Below, piece after piece: positions 17,970-26,487 of a stretch of 64,000 nt of DNA; within the stretch, counting starts at the first letter, position 1, and the number at the start of each line of letters is the position of its first letter. The stretch is taken from the IMG/VR virus record IMGVR_UViG_3300036793_000065, positions 7,460-71,459 of that record. One strand, given 5' to 3'. The stretch is from a virus (taxonomy: Duplodnaviria > Caudoviricetes). The notes below the pieces were generated by a model. That model was not told where the DNA came from. It was given only the letters and a program-made list of their open reading frames with translations, and searched no databases. The position numbers were made by a program, and so were the translations under genes.

Positions 17970-18277
17970 TGCGCCCTCTCGTGCAAATCATCCGCGCGGC
18001 GGAGCGTGGTGTACGCACTGAAGAGGGCGGCTATCTCGCCGAAACGATGAATGAGCTGCTGCCATTTTTGCGAATGATCGCGCGGCAGGATACGGCGTCG
18101 GCTCAGAAGTGCCTCGACGTCATGTTTGAGGTGCTGTCGATTGTTCATGCCGGCCGCGGTCCGAAGGATCGTGAGGACTGCATGGAATGGGCACGGCAGC
18201 AATTGTGCAAATCTGGAATTGAGGTGGTCCCGATGGGTTTGTCTCATGCGGTGATCAGGGAGGAAAACCATGGCTGA
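17966..18277 (+). CDS. hypothetical protein
   Basis: ATGA overlap. Confidence 0.55.
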   Translation: MMRPLVQIIRAAERGVRTEEGGYLAETMNELLPFLRMIARQDTASAQKCLDVMFEVLSIVHAGRGPKDREDCMEWARQQLCKSGIEVVPMGLSHAVIREENHG

Positions 18278-19259
18278 CGACGAAGTGATCATCAATCTGC
18301 AGGGTGACACCACCACAACGCAGGTAACCAAGGTCGAGCCCGGCGGCGCTGAGAGCGTCGACCTCAATGATGATGGGGGCGATCCTGTTGCCGATCTGAA
18401 GAAGCAGTTCACCGCCATGAGCAGCCAGCTCAGCGCGGTGGCCAAGACCACCCAGCAACGGCTGGATGACACCCAGCAGCGCCTACAGCGGGCCGAAGGG
18501 CAGGTCGTCACCAGCCAGCTCGACACTGTTGAGAATGGGATTGCCGCCACCGAGGCCGAGGCCCGCGGCGCCGAGCAGGCCTATGCCACAGCATTCGAGG
18601 CCGGCGATGGCCCAGCGATGGCTCGTGCTCAGCGTCTAATCGCTCGGTATGAGACCCAGCTCCAGCGCCTTACGGAGGCCCGTCAGGACCTCCAGGAGCA
18701 AGCAAAGGCCAAACCAGCCGATCAGCAACAGGGCCGCCAGCAGCCCTCCCAGGCCCGGCAGACGACCGATCCGGTCGAGCACCTCGCCGGCAGCATGACA
18801 CCGAAGTCTGCAGCATGGATCAGGGCACACCCCGAGGTCGCCACCGATCCAAGGGCCTACAACCGCATGCTTGCGGCGCACAATCTAGCGATCGCTGACG
18901 ATGTCGCCGTCGAGAGCGACGAATATTTCAAGCGGATCGAGGATGGCATCAAGGTGAAGAAGGTAGCGCAGGCCGATCCGAAACCAACCAACGGCACGGG
19001 CGACGGCCGACGGCCGAGTTCAGCGGCAGCAGCTGGCGGTGGTACCGGCGGGGGACTCAATGGCGGGGCAACCTCGGTGAAGCTGACCACTCGGGAGGCG
19101 GCGTCGGCTACCGACGGCACCCTTGTGTGGAACTATGACGATCCGACCGGCCAGAAGCGCTGGGTGAAGGGCGATCCGATCGGCCTCGCCGAGATGGCGC
19201 GCCGCAAGCATGAGGGCCAAAAGCAGGGCCTCTATGACAAAAACAGCTTCGAGGCCTGA
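18270..19259 (+). CDS. capsid scaffolding protein
   Basis: GGAGG SD; acidic N-terminus, long coiled coil, flexible C-terminus; upstream of the MCP. Confidence 0.7.
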   Translation: MADDEVIINLQGDTTTTQVTKVEPGGAESVDLNDDGGDPVADLKKQFTAMSSQLSAVAKTTQQRLDDTQQRLQRAEGQVVTSQLDTVENGIAATEAEARGAEQAYATAFEAGDGPAMARAQRLIARYETQLQRLTEARQDLQEQAKAKPADQQQGRQQPSQARQTTDPVEHLAGSMTPKSAAWIRAHPEVATDPRAYNRMLAAHNLAIADDVAVESDEYFKRIEDGIKVKKVAQADPKPTNGTGDGRRPSSAAAAGGGTGGGLNGGATSVKLTTREAASATDGTLVWNYDDPTGQKRWVKGDPIGLAEMARRKHEGQKQGLYDKNSFEA

Positions 19260-19261
19260 TC

Positions 19262-19990
19262 ATGGGCGCCGTCACCGACATTCTCGATGCCCAGCAGCTG
19301 CACGATCTCTGGGGCGCTGGCTACACGATCACGCTGCGGCCGCGCGATCCCTATGACGCTCTGCCGGCCGGGATGGTGCCGAAGGGCGTCTCCTATCAGT
19401 GGAATCCGATCGATCCTGATCCGCGCGTGATCACTCCTGGATGGACCCCGGTTCCCTACTCGCGGCACGAAGGCGTATTCGCACCGTGGGGCACATCTGG
19501 AGACGTCCAACTTGGCGGCCTCCAGCTGATGGAGAAGCCGTCCGAGGCCGTGCTGGAGCTGAAGCGGGGCGCCATCGATATGGCGCGCTGGCGCGAGGAA
19601 GACTGGGCCGCGCGCGCTGCGGCTAATGGCATCACCGGCAGCGTTCGTATCGCCACCCAGTCCAAGCCCGGAGAGCTGGGTGGCGACTTCGTGCGCGAGA
19701 TCGGCGGCGGGGCGACGGTGATCGAGGCCAATAAGACGATCGAGTCGATCAGCGCGATCCCAAGGGAAATGACGCCCCACATCAAGGCCATCTTCGCCGA
19801 GCGAGATCGCTTGGAAGGTGAAGTGGTGCGCAAGGACCGCACCCTTGCGCCGGGACCTATCGCCGATCAATTCTATACTGCCATCGATGTCGATAAGGGT
19901 GCGCCATGGTGGCCCACGCTCCGCGCCATCCTGCTGCCGATCGCAGTCGAGAATGTGCGCAAATCTCTGAAGGAAACCCCCGATGAATGA
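19262..19990 (+). CDS. head-module protein, paralogue A
   Basis: YQWNP...GWTPVPYSRH.G...GGLQLMEKP, shared with the next gene. Confidence 0.7.
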   Translation: MGAVTDILDAQQLHDLWGAGYTITLRPRDPYDALPAGMVPKGVSYQWNPIDPDPRVITPGWTPVPYSRHEGVFAPWGTSGDVQLGGLQLMEKPSEAVLELKRGAIDMARWREEDWAARAAANGITGSVRIATQSKPGELGGDFVREIGGGATVIEANKTIESISAIPREMTPHIKAIFAERDRLEGEVVRKDRTLAPGPIADQFYTAIDVDKGAPWWPTLRAILLPIAVENVRKSLKETPDE

Positions 19991-20702
19991 CCCGATGGGC
20001 GATGCCCCGCAGATCACTCGTATGCCGGCCAAGCGCAAGGGCACCCGGAAGCGCCGGGTCCAGACGGCAGCCAAGCCGCAGCCGCGCCAGCAGGCTCAGG
20101 CCTCTGCGCCGGTTCAGCGAGGCAATCCTCGCCCGGTGCCGCCACGCGCCGAGGCCGCGCGCGATGCGGCCCGCGAGAATCCGCGGGATGGTGCCGTCAT
20201 CGCCCTGGGTCGTGATGGCGCCCATCTGACGCGGCGGCGCGTCATGACCGGCGATCCGCTCGATGTGCCTGCGAACGAAATCCCGCATGGCTGGGACTAT
20301 CAGTGGAACCCAGTCACGATCCTCAACAAGGGGATCAATGAAATCCTGCAGGGCGACCTGCAGATGTACCAGAACGGCTGGCGTCCGGTGCCGTCAGCGC
20401 GCCATGCCGGCCGCTGGACCCCGGTGGGCTATGAAGGCGATGTCGTGGTGGGTGGCCTGCGGCTGGAGGAGCGTCCCACATCGCTCGGCGATGAGGCTCG
20501 GGCCGAGGATACGGCGCACGCAAAGGCCCAGCTGCGCGATCGCACCGACGCGCTGCGCTTGACCCAGAAGTCGCTACCCGGCGCCGAGGTGGCGCGCAGC
20601 CGCCGTAATGCCGGCAAGATCAACATCGACTTCAATGACCGCGGCGAAGACATCCCGCGCGCACAGCACATTGTCGAAGGTGATGCTGGGTTCGAGGAAT
20701 GA
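19983..20702 (+). CDS. head-module protein, paralogue B
   Basis: YQWNP...GWRPVPSARH.G...GGLRLEERP. Confidence 0.75.
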   Translation: MNDPMGDAPQITRMPAKRKGTRKRRVQTAAKPQPRQQAQASAPVQRGNPRPVPPRAEAARDAARENPRDGAVIALGRDGAHLTRRRVMTGDPLDVPANEIPHGWDYQWNPVTILNKGINEILQGDLQMYQNGWRPVPSARHAGRWTPVGYEGDVVVGGLRLEERPTSLGDEARAEDTAHAKAQLRDRTDALRLTQKSLPGAEVARSRRNAGKINIDFNDRGEDIPRAQHIVEGDAGFEE

Positions 20703-20959
20703 ACTGCGCACACAAGGATTTCTCCGCGCGGGTCGATGTGATTCGCTTGGAGGATACCGGCAGGTTCATGGCCGAGGTGACGGTTCACTGCACCGAATGC
20801 AAGAAGCCATTTCAGTTCCTGGGCGTTGAGACCGGCTTCAATTTCCATACCCCCACCGTCAGCATTGACGGCCTCAAGGTAAGTCTGCCGATCTCGCCGG
20901 AGGGTATGGAGCAAAGCCCATTCCAAAAGATGGTGCATGGCAAAAGGAGCACAAATTGA
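20699..20959 (+). CDS. hypothetical protein (CxxC)
   Basis: ATGA overlap, GAGG SD; HCTECKKPF. Confidence 0.6.
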   Translation: MNCAHKDFSARVDVIRLEDTGRFMAEVTVHCTECKKPFQFLGVETGFNFHTPTVSIDGLKVSLPISPEGMEQSPFQKMVHGKRSTN

Positions 20960-21049
20960 GACGCTCCTCAGCCATGCTGGTCTTCATCGCGGGTCACCAT
21001 CGATCGGTGCCCCGCAATCGCATCATCCTGCGTTTGAGGTTGCGCCGTT

Positions 21050-21766
21050 ATGGCTAAGGTCTTCGTGTTCGTCCCGGCGTTCGGTCGGCAGATCACCACC
21101 ACGACATTCGAGACAAGCCACGCGCTGATGAGCGCATTGATGGCGAAGGGAATCGCTGCCTCGATCGCCTCATTCTCGTGGCCCGACATCGAGGAAATCC
21201 GCAACATGGTGCTGTCGTATTGGTACGACGTCATGCCGGATTCGACGCACCTGCTGTTCCTCGATGCCGACGTTGGCTTTCCGCCCCAGGCTGTGCTCGA
21301 CATGCTGACATTCAACGAGCCGGTGGTTGGCGGCATTTACCCCAAGCGCACCTATCCGCTGGAGTGGGTCATCAGTGGCACTCCCGAGCCCGAGTATCGG
21401 CAGGGCTTCATCGAGGTCGATGGGCTCGGCGCGGGGTGCCTGCTGATTCGGCGAGACGCTGTGACGGCGATGATCGAGAAATTCCCCGAGCTGGTGCGCC
21501 CCTACATGACGATCCCGGATATGCGTTATGCTGGCGCCAAGCGCACCTTCGGTCTGTTCGATTGCCTGCGCGCGCCGGAAGGAAAGGTGAGTGAAGACAT
21601 CTCGTTCTGCCGGCGCTTTCGCGGGACTGGCGGCAAGGTGTGGGCATCGACCGCCTACACATTCACGCACGAGGGGCCGCACGCTTTCGTTGGTTGTTTT
21701 GCGAAGGATCGCACCGAGAAGCAGCAGAGTGAAGTTGCTACCAGTGGTGCGCAGGCCGCCGAGTAG
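21050..21766 (+). CDS. GT-A fold glycosyltransferase-like protein
   Basis: LLFLDADVGF (DxD), GGIYPKR, GLGAGCLLIRR, SEDISFCRR. Confidence 0.8.
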   Translation: MAKVFVFVPAFGRQITTTTFETSHALMSALMAKGIAASIASFSWPDIEEIRNMVLSYWYDVMPDSTHLLFLDADVGFPPQAVLDMLTFNEPVVGGIYPKRTYPLEWVISGTPEPEYRQGFIEVDGLGAGCLLIRRDAVTAMIEKFPELVRPYMTIPDMRYAGAKRTFGLFDCLRAPEGKVSEDISFCRRFRGTGGKVWASTAYTFTHEGPHAFVGCFAKDRTEKQQSEVATSGAQAAE

Positions 21767-21778
21767 CGTCACAAGATG

Positions 21779-21808
21779 TTGACAATATCGGAACTTCTGC
21801 TGTAGGGA
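21779..21808 (+). promoter_or_regulatory. candidate promoter for the capsid operon
   Basis: TGTTGACA -35 identical to those at 219 and 52706; -10 (TAGGGA) is poor. Confidence 0.4.
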
Positions 21809-21818
21809 TGATTTCGAC

Positions 21819-21936
21819 GCTGCAATCCGCAGCATGATCATTCCGCCGAAACGGCCTGAATGATCCGGCAGACGCCCTGCCACTCTACCGACCGCAGGCT
21901 GTGGTTGGACGAAACCCAGGCGTACATTCCAGCCAC
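21819..21936 (+). ncRNA. structured 5' leader of the capsid genes (4 hairpins)
   Basis: stems GCTGC/GCAGC, GATCATTC/GAATGATC with inner GCCG/CGGC, GGCAG/CTGCC, GTGGTTGG/CCAGCCAC. Confidence 0.45.
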
Positions 21937-21976
21937 GCGCGCTAGGAACGGCCTCCGAACATCGGAGCGATTTCTC

Positions 21977-22570
21977 GTGGCCAATACCCAGACGGCTTTC
22001 GGCTTCCGTCATATCGGATACACCTCCGGCGGAGCGCCCGACTACCAGCTCGCAACCGCGTCGATCCTGTCGACCAACACCACCAAGATTTTCCGCGGCG
22101 ACCCGGTCGTTTACGATCCGACCACGGGTAAGCTGCAGCAGGGCACCAGCGCGCTCACCACGATGCTGGCCGGCGTCTTCGACGGCTGCATGTATACGCC
22201 GGTCGGCGGGACCCCGCAGTGGTCGCCGTTCTGGCCCGGTGCCGGGGCCGCGGTCGATGCGACCGCCTACATCATCAACGCTCCGAACGCTCTGTTCATG
22301 GCCGCTGCCACGAACACGTCGGTTGTGACCGCCAACATCGGCGAGAACATCAACTTCACGATCGGCACCGGCAACACCGCCAACGGCTTCTCGGGGGCGA
22401 CGGTTGATGGTCTCACCACCGTTTCCACCGCGCCGTTCCGCGTCGTGGCGCCGGTGACCAGTTCCGGCAACTTCGGGGTTGTCGGCAACGGCAATGACCC
22501 CACCACGCCGTTCGGCTGGTGCATCGTCACCTTCAACAACGAGAACTTCAAGCAGCTGTTGGGCCAGTAA
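21977..22570 (+). CDS. capsid decoration/minor structural protein
   Basis: GGAG SD with GTG21977 (ANTQTAFGFR...); Thr/Gly-rich beta protein directly before the MCP. Confidence 0.7.
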   Translation: MANTQTAFGFRHIGYTSGGAPDYQLATASILSTNTTKIFRGDPVVYDPTTGKLQQGTSALTTMLAGVFDGCMYTPVGGTPQWSPFWPGAGAAVDATAYIINAPNALFMAAATNTSVVTANIGENINFTIGTGNTANGFSGATVDGLTTVSTAPFRVVAPVTSSGNFGVVGNGNDPTTPFGWCIVTFNNENFKQLLGQ

Positions 22571-22599
22571 GCCTGAGCCGGCACGATTAGGAGCTAAAA

Positions 22600-23514
22600 A
22601 TGCCTGTTGCACTTGCTAGTATCCGGTCGGAGCTGCTGCCGGGACTGTTCGACGTCCGTGGCTCTTATGAGATGATCCCGCGCCAGTGGGACAAGGTCTT
22701 CAAGACCCACAAGTCGGCGATGGCGGTCGAGCGCTCGACCCAGATGGCGTTCGTGGCGCTGCCGTTCCTCAAGGATGAGGGCGCGGCAACCCAGTTCGAC
22801 AACAACGCCGGTGAGCGCTTCACCTGGGCGTTTGTGCACATCGAGGTGGCGCTGGGCTACGCGATCACCCGCAAGGCGATCGACGACAACCTCTACAAGG
22901 CGCAGTTCAACCCGACCAACCTGAAGCTCCAGGAGTCGTTTGCGCAGTTCAAGGAAATCCAGGGCGCCAACGTCCTGAACCTCGGCAACGTCTACAACTC
23001 CAGCCAGATCGGCGACGGTCAGGCACTGTTCTCGACGGCTCATCCGTGGGATCAGGGCACGTGGGCCAATACGTCGGCGACGCCGAAGTCGCTCAACGAA
23101 TCGAGCCTCCTCGCCGTCATGGCGAATGTCCGCTCGAACTTCGTCAACGAACGCGGCCTCAAGATCATGGCCCGCGCGCGCCGGCTGGTCGTTCCGGTCA
23201 ATCTGCAGCCGGTGGCGATCCGCCTGCTGAAGACCGACCTGCGTCCAGGCACCGCGGACAACGACGTCAACGCCATCCTCACGACCTCCGGCGGCCTGCC
23301 GGAAGGCTTCCTGGTGATGGACTTCCTCACCTCGAACTTTGCGTGGTTCGTCACCACCAACATCGAGGGCCTGATCCACATGATGCGCATCCCGTATGAG
23401 AGCGACATGTGGGTCGACAACATCACCGACAACCTGCTGGTCAAGGCCTACGAGCGCTACTCGTTCGGCTACAACGACCCGCGCGCTGCATGGGGCGAGT
23501 ACCCGACGAGCTAG
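22600..23514 (+). CDS. major capsid protein
   Basis: AGGAG SD; 304 aa, strong codon bias; ALGYAITRKAIDDNLY, GDGQALFSTAHP, YERYSFGYNDPRAAWG. Confidence 0.9.
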   Translation: MPVALASIRSELLPGLFDVRGSYEMIPRQWDKVFKTHKSAMAVERSTQMAFVALPFLKDEGAATQFDNNAGERFTWAFVHIEVALGYAITRKAIDDNLYKAQFNPTNLKLQESFAQFKEIQGANVLNLGNVYNSSQIGDGQALFSTAHPWDQGTWANTSATPKSLNESSLLAVMANVRSNFVNERGLKIMARARRLVVPVNLQPVAIRLLKTDLRPGTADNDVNAILTTSGGLPEGFLVMDFLTSNFAWFVTTNIEGLIHMMRIPYESDMWVDNITDNLLVKAYERYSFGYNDPRAAWGEYPTS

Positions 23515-23547
23515 ATCGACGGGTTCAGCCTTCACTAGGAGCAAGAA

Positions 23548-24009
23548 ATGCCAGCACCGGGCACTCAATTCGCAGGTCCGATCATCTCAGGGCCGAACCA
23601 GTATGCCGGCACCAATCCGCCGGACAGCGGCTTGTGTGTCCTGACGCAGAAGGTCACGATTACGCAGAATGGCGCCAACAACGTCAGCGCCACCATGCGT
23701 ATTCCCGAGCACTGCCAGATCATGGATTTCCTGATCGACCGCACGGTAGCGTTCGATAGTGCGACCACGGCCGGTCTTACGATTGGCACCGCGGCTCTCG
23801 GCGCGCAGTATGCGACGTCGATCGACGTCAAGGCCGCGGCCGGTCGAACGATCGGGCCGGTGGCTCCAACCTTGGCACAGATGACCGCCTTGCTGGATAC
23901 CGGGACCAATAAGGATGTGGTATGCACCGTTGCAGTGGTGGGTGCGACCACGGCCGGCTCCGTCACCATCACCATGCGGTACGTCCAGACCGTCAACTGG
24001 CAGAGCTAG
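23548..24009 (+). CDS. minor capsid/cement protein
   Basis: AGGAG SD; TQFAGPIISG N-terminus, beta-rich, directly after the MCP. Confidence 0.65.
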   Translation: MPAPGTQFAGPIISGPNQYAGTNPPDSGLCVLTQKVTITQNGANNVSATMRIPEHCQIMDFLIDRTVAFDSATTAGLTIGTAALGAQYATSIDVKAAAGRTIGPVAPTLAQMTALLDTGTNKDVVCTVAVVGATTAGSVTITMRYVQTVNWQS

Positions 24010-24019
24010 GAGAGGCAAG

Positions 24020-24217
24020 ATGGCCGAGAAGGTTTCCGGTAACCCGAACGTCTTCAAGGAAGCGGCCGAGCGCAAGCGCGGTGGCAAGGTCAAGAAGCAC
24101 GGCAAGCCGGAAGGTGACATGGCGAAGATGCGCATGGATCGCCCGCGGCGCGCGCGTGGCGGCGGCGTCGGGGCGGACAAGAACCCGTTCTCGTCGGCCC
24201 ATCGCGCAGGCAAGTAA
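24020..24217 (+). CDS. small basic protein with KRGG/RARGG motifs
   Basis: AGGAGAGG SD; shares RMDRPRRAxGG and GGKVKK with the 16013 protein. Confidence 0.7.
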   Translation: MAEKVSGNPNVFKEAAERKRGGKVKKHGKPEGDMAKMRMDRPRRARGGGVGADKNPFSSAHRAGK

Positions 24218-24223
24218 GAACCC

Positions 24224-24424
24224 GTGGCGCGGCTCACGACATCGGATCGGAAGGCGCTGCCGGCGAAGGAATTTGCCGGCCCTGACCGTTCGTATCCAGT
24301 GCCTGATGCCTCCCACGCAAGGAACGCGCTGGCGCGTGTAAGTCAATTCGGAACGGCGGACCTCAAGAAGAAGGTTCGCGAGAAGGTCCACCGCAAGTTT
24401 CCGGGCATCGAGCAGGGCGACTGA
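24224..24424 (+). CDS. small conserved phage protein (DUF6582-like)
   Basis: RSYPVPDASHARNALARVSQ motif. Confidence 0.7.
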   Translation: MARLTTSDRKALPAKEFAGPDRSYPVPDASHARNALARVSQFGTADLKKKVREKVHRKFPGIEQGD

Positions 24425-24448
24425 GCGGTCTGAGAGGAGATCGCTCAC

Positions 24449-24784
24449 GTGATGCTCAACCACGATGTTCTGTACACCACGATCGGCACCAAGCCGTCGG
24501 TGGACTTCGATCCCTCCATCGCCCCATTCAATATGACGGTTGCCTGCACTGTGACCACCGGTCCGGCGGCCTATTCGATGCAGTTCACGATCGACGATTT
24601 CAGCGACCCGCTGAAGACTGACGCCACTGCGGCGTGGTTCGATAGCGTGGATATTCCGGTCGGTACCGCGACCAGCATGATCAGCATCGTCACCACGCCC
24701 ATCACCCGCGCGCGCCTTGTGATCGCCACCCTGACGGCGGGCTCGATCCGCTTTCAGACCCAGCAGGGCATGTCCACCAACTGA
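24449..24784 (+). CDS. structural protein (beta-sandwich)
   Basis: GAGGAG SD; YSMQFTIDD...PITRARLVI. Confidence 0.65.
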   Translation: MMLNHDVLYTTIGTKPSVDFDPSIAPFNMTVACTVTTGPAAYSMQFTIDDFSDPLKTDATAAWFDSVDIPVGTATSMISIVTTPITRARLVIATLTAGSIRFQTQQGMSTN

Positions 24785-24794
24785 GGAATGACGC

Positions 24795-26462
24795 ATGAGG
24801 GGGATTCTTGTGGCGCTGACGCTGCTCCTCTCATGCGCGTCGGCGTCCGCCCAGTGGAGCAACAGAATCGCTGGTCAGGTCACCAGCAAGATGACCGGTT
24901 CCATTTTCAGCGATGACACGCCGCCGGCAGTGATCCAGCGTCTTGCCGACAGGGTGCTGATCGGTGGCGCCGTCATCACGGATGGCAAGCGCTTTCCCGT
25001 GGTCTCGACGTGGGTAGCGAAGCAGGCCGCCGGCTACATGACCTACTTCGACAGCCGCTCCACCTTCGAGGTGGTGTCGCAGCGCGGCGCGACCGCCATT
25101 GCCGGAGGGTCCCGCACAAGCGATATGAACCCCACGGATACGGGCTCCATCGGCTTCCTGGGGTTTGCCCTCAACGACTATCTCAACGCCACCCAGGGCT
25201 CTCGTAGGTCAGCCTGGGGCAACTATACGCACGTCGTTCGGGCAGCCGACACCTCCACGACCGGCACCGGCGGCACCGGCGGCGTCGCCAGTACGACATT
25301 CACCTTCAATCCGATCCCGAGCACCGCACCAGTGGTCGGCAACGGCCTCACTGGCACCGGCGTCGCGCAGGGAGCGTGGATCACGGCCTACAACGGCGGC
25401 ACGGGGGTTGCGACGTTGTCAGAGACCTCGACCGTCGCGAACGGCACCACCGTGACTTACGGCGTATCGGGCGCCGCGATCGCTGGCGGCATCCAGGGCA
25501 TGGAGATGGACGTCGCCAATCTCGGGAGCGTCGTCAACACCGATCCGTATGGCGGAGGCACCTCGCTAACGGGCATGACGCTGGACCTGCTGCTCGGCTC
25601 CGGTGGCGAGACCGGGTTTGCCGGCGCATCCGTGAACCCGGCCAGCGCCGCGCTGATGATCGCGAACAACCATGGGAAATTCATGAAGGGCATCGTCATC
25701 GGTGCCAACGCCATCTGGGGGAATGACGGCGTCAACACCCCTGTAGCTCCGGCGCCAGCCCTCGTCATGGCGAAGGGACATGAAGTCCAATGGCGCTTCA
25801 GCGGCGGCGACACCACGCCGGCCTACTCGGCTGTGATCCGCGCCGACAACAACGCGCTCGGCACCTTGGTCAAGCAAATCTTCCGCACCAATGGCGTGGC
25901 GTTCACCGATCAGTTTGAGAACAACATCGGACGCTTCCAGCCGCCCGCCACGACGCAAGGCCAGACCACCAATTATCTTGCGTTCCTCGGTTCGATCGCG
26001 GGCAGCGGATTGCCTGCGCCGATCATTGCAGCAACTGGGACCGACGCCACCATCGGCATCGATTTCCAGACCACAGGGCGGGGCCAGTACAATTTCTATA
26101 ACCTAGCGCACACCCGGCTGCTCGCCCGCATCGCCGACATCGGAAGCCTCGCCGCGAACGGCAACGTCATCATCATCAATGGCAATGATGCTGGCGCATC
26201 TCCTTCGGTGGCCGCCGGTGGCGTCGACACCAACATCGACCTCACTCTCACCTCGAAGGGCACCGGATCGATCGTGGCCGGTGCGCCGCTAAAACTGAAA
26301 TCGTATACGGTGGCGACGCTGCCGACCTGCAACGCGGGCCTGCAGGATGCCATGGCAGTCGCCAGCGATGCGACGGCGCCGACCTACAATGGAGCCCTGA
26401 TCGGCGGCGGCGCGGTTCGCGTCCCGGTTTATTGCAACGGCGCGGCCTGGACCGCGCATTAA
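24795..26462 (+). CDS. fibre/appendage-like protein with Sec signal peptide
   Basis: MRGILVALTLLLSCASASA|Q; Gly/Thr-rich; C-terminal SYTVATLPTC...YCNGAAW fibre-tip motif. Confidence 0.75.
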   Translation: MRGILVALTLLLSCASASAQWSNRIAGQVTSKMTGSIFSDDTPPAVIQRLADRVLIGGAVITDGKRFPVVSTWVAKQAAGYMTYFDSRSTFEVVSQRGATAIAGGSRTSDMNPTDTGSIGFLGFALNDYLNATQGSRRSAWGNYTHVVRAADTSTTGTGGTGGVASTTFTFNPIPSTAPVVGNGLTGTGVAQGAWITAYNGGTGVATLSETSTVANGTTVTYGVSGAAIAGGIQGMEMDVANLGSVVNTDPYGGGTSLTGMTLDLLLGSGGETGFAGASVNPASAALMIANNHGKFMKGIVIGANAIWGNDGVNTPVAPAPALVMAKGHEVQWRFSGGDTTPAYSAVIRADNNALGTLVKQIFRTNGVAFTDQFENNIGRFQPPATTQGQTTNYLAFLGSIAGSGLPAPIIAATGTDATIGIDFQTTGRGQYNFYNLAHTRLLARIADIGSLAANGNVIIINGNDAGASPSVAAGGVDTNIDLTLTSKGTGSIVAGAPLKLKSYTVATLPTCNAGLQDAMAVASDATAPTYNGALIGGGAVRVPVYCNGAAWTAH

Positions 26463-26487
26463 TTTTTGAGTGATGTAGGGGGAAGAG

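Noticed and set aside
21856-21915. Hammerhead-like GGACGAAAC in the capsid leader
   Set aside because: The upstream core reads CTGAATG rather than CUGANGA, and no matching stem II is present.
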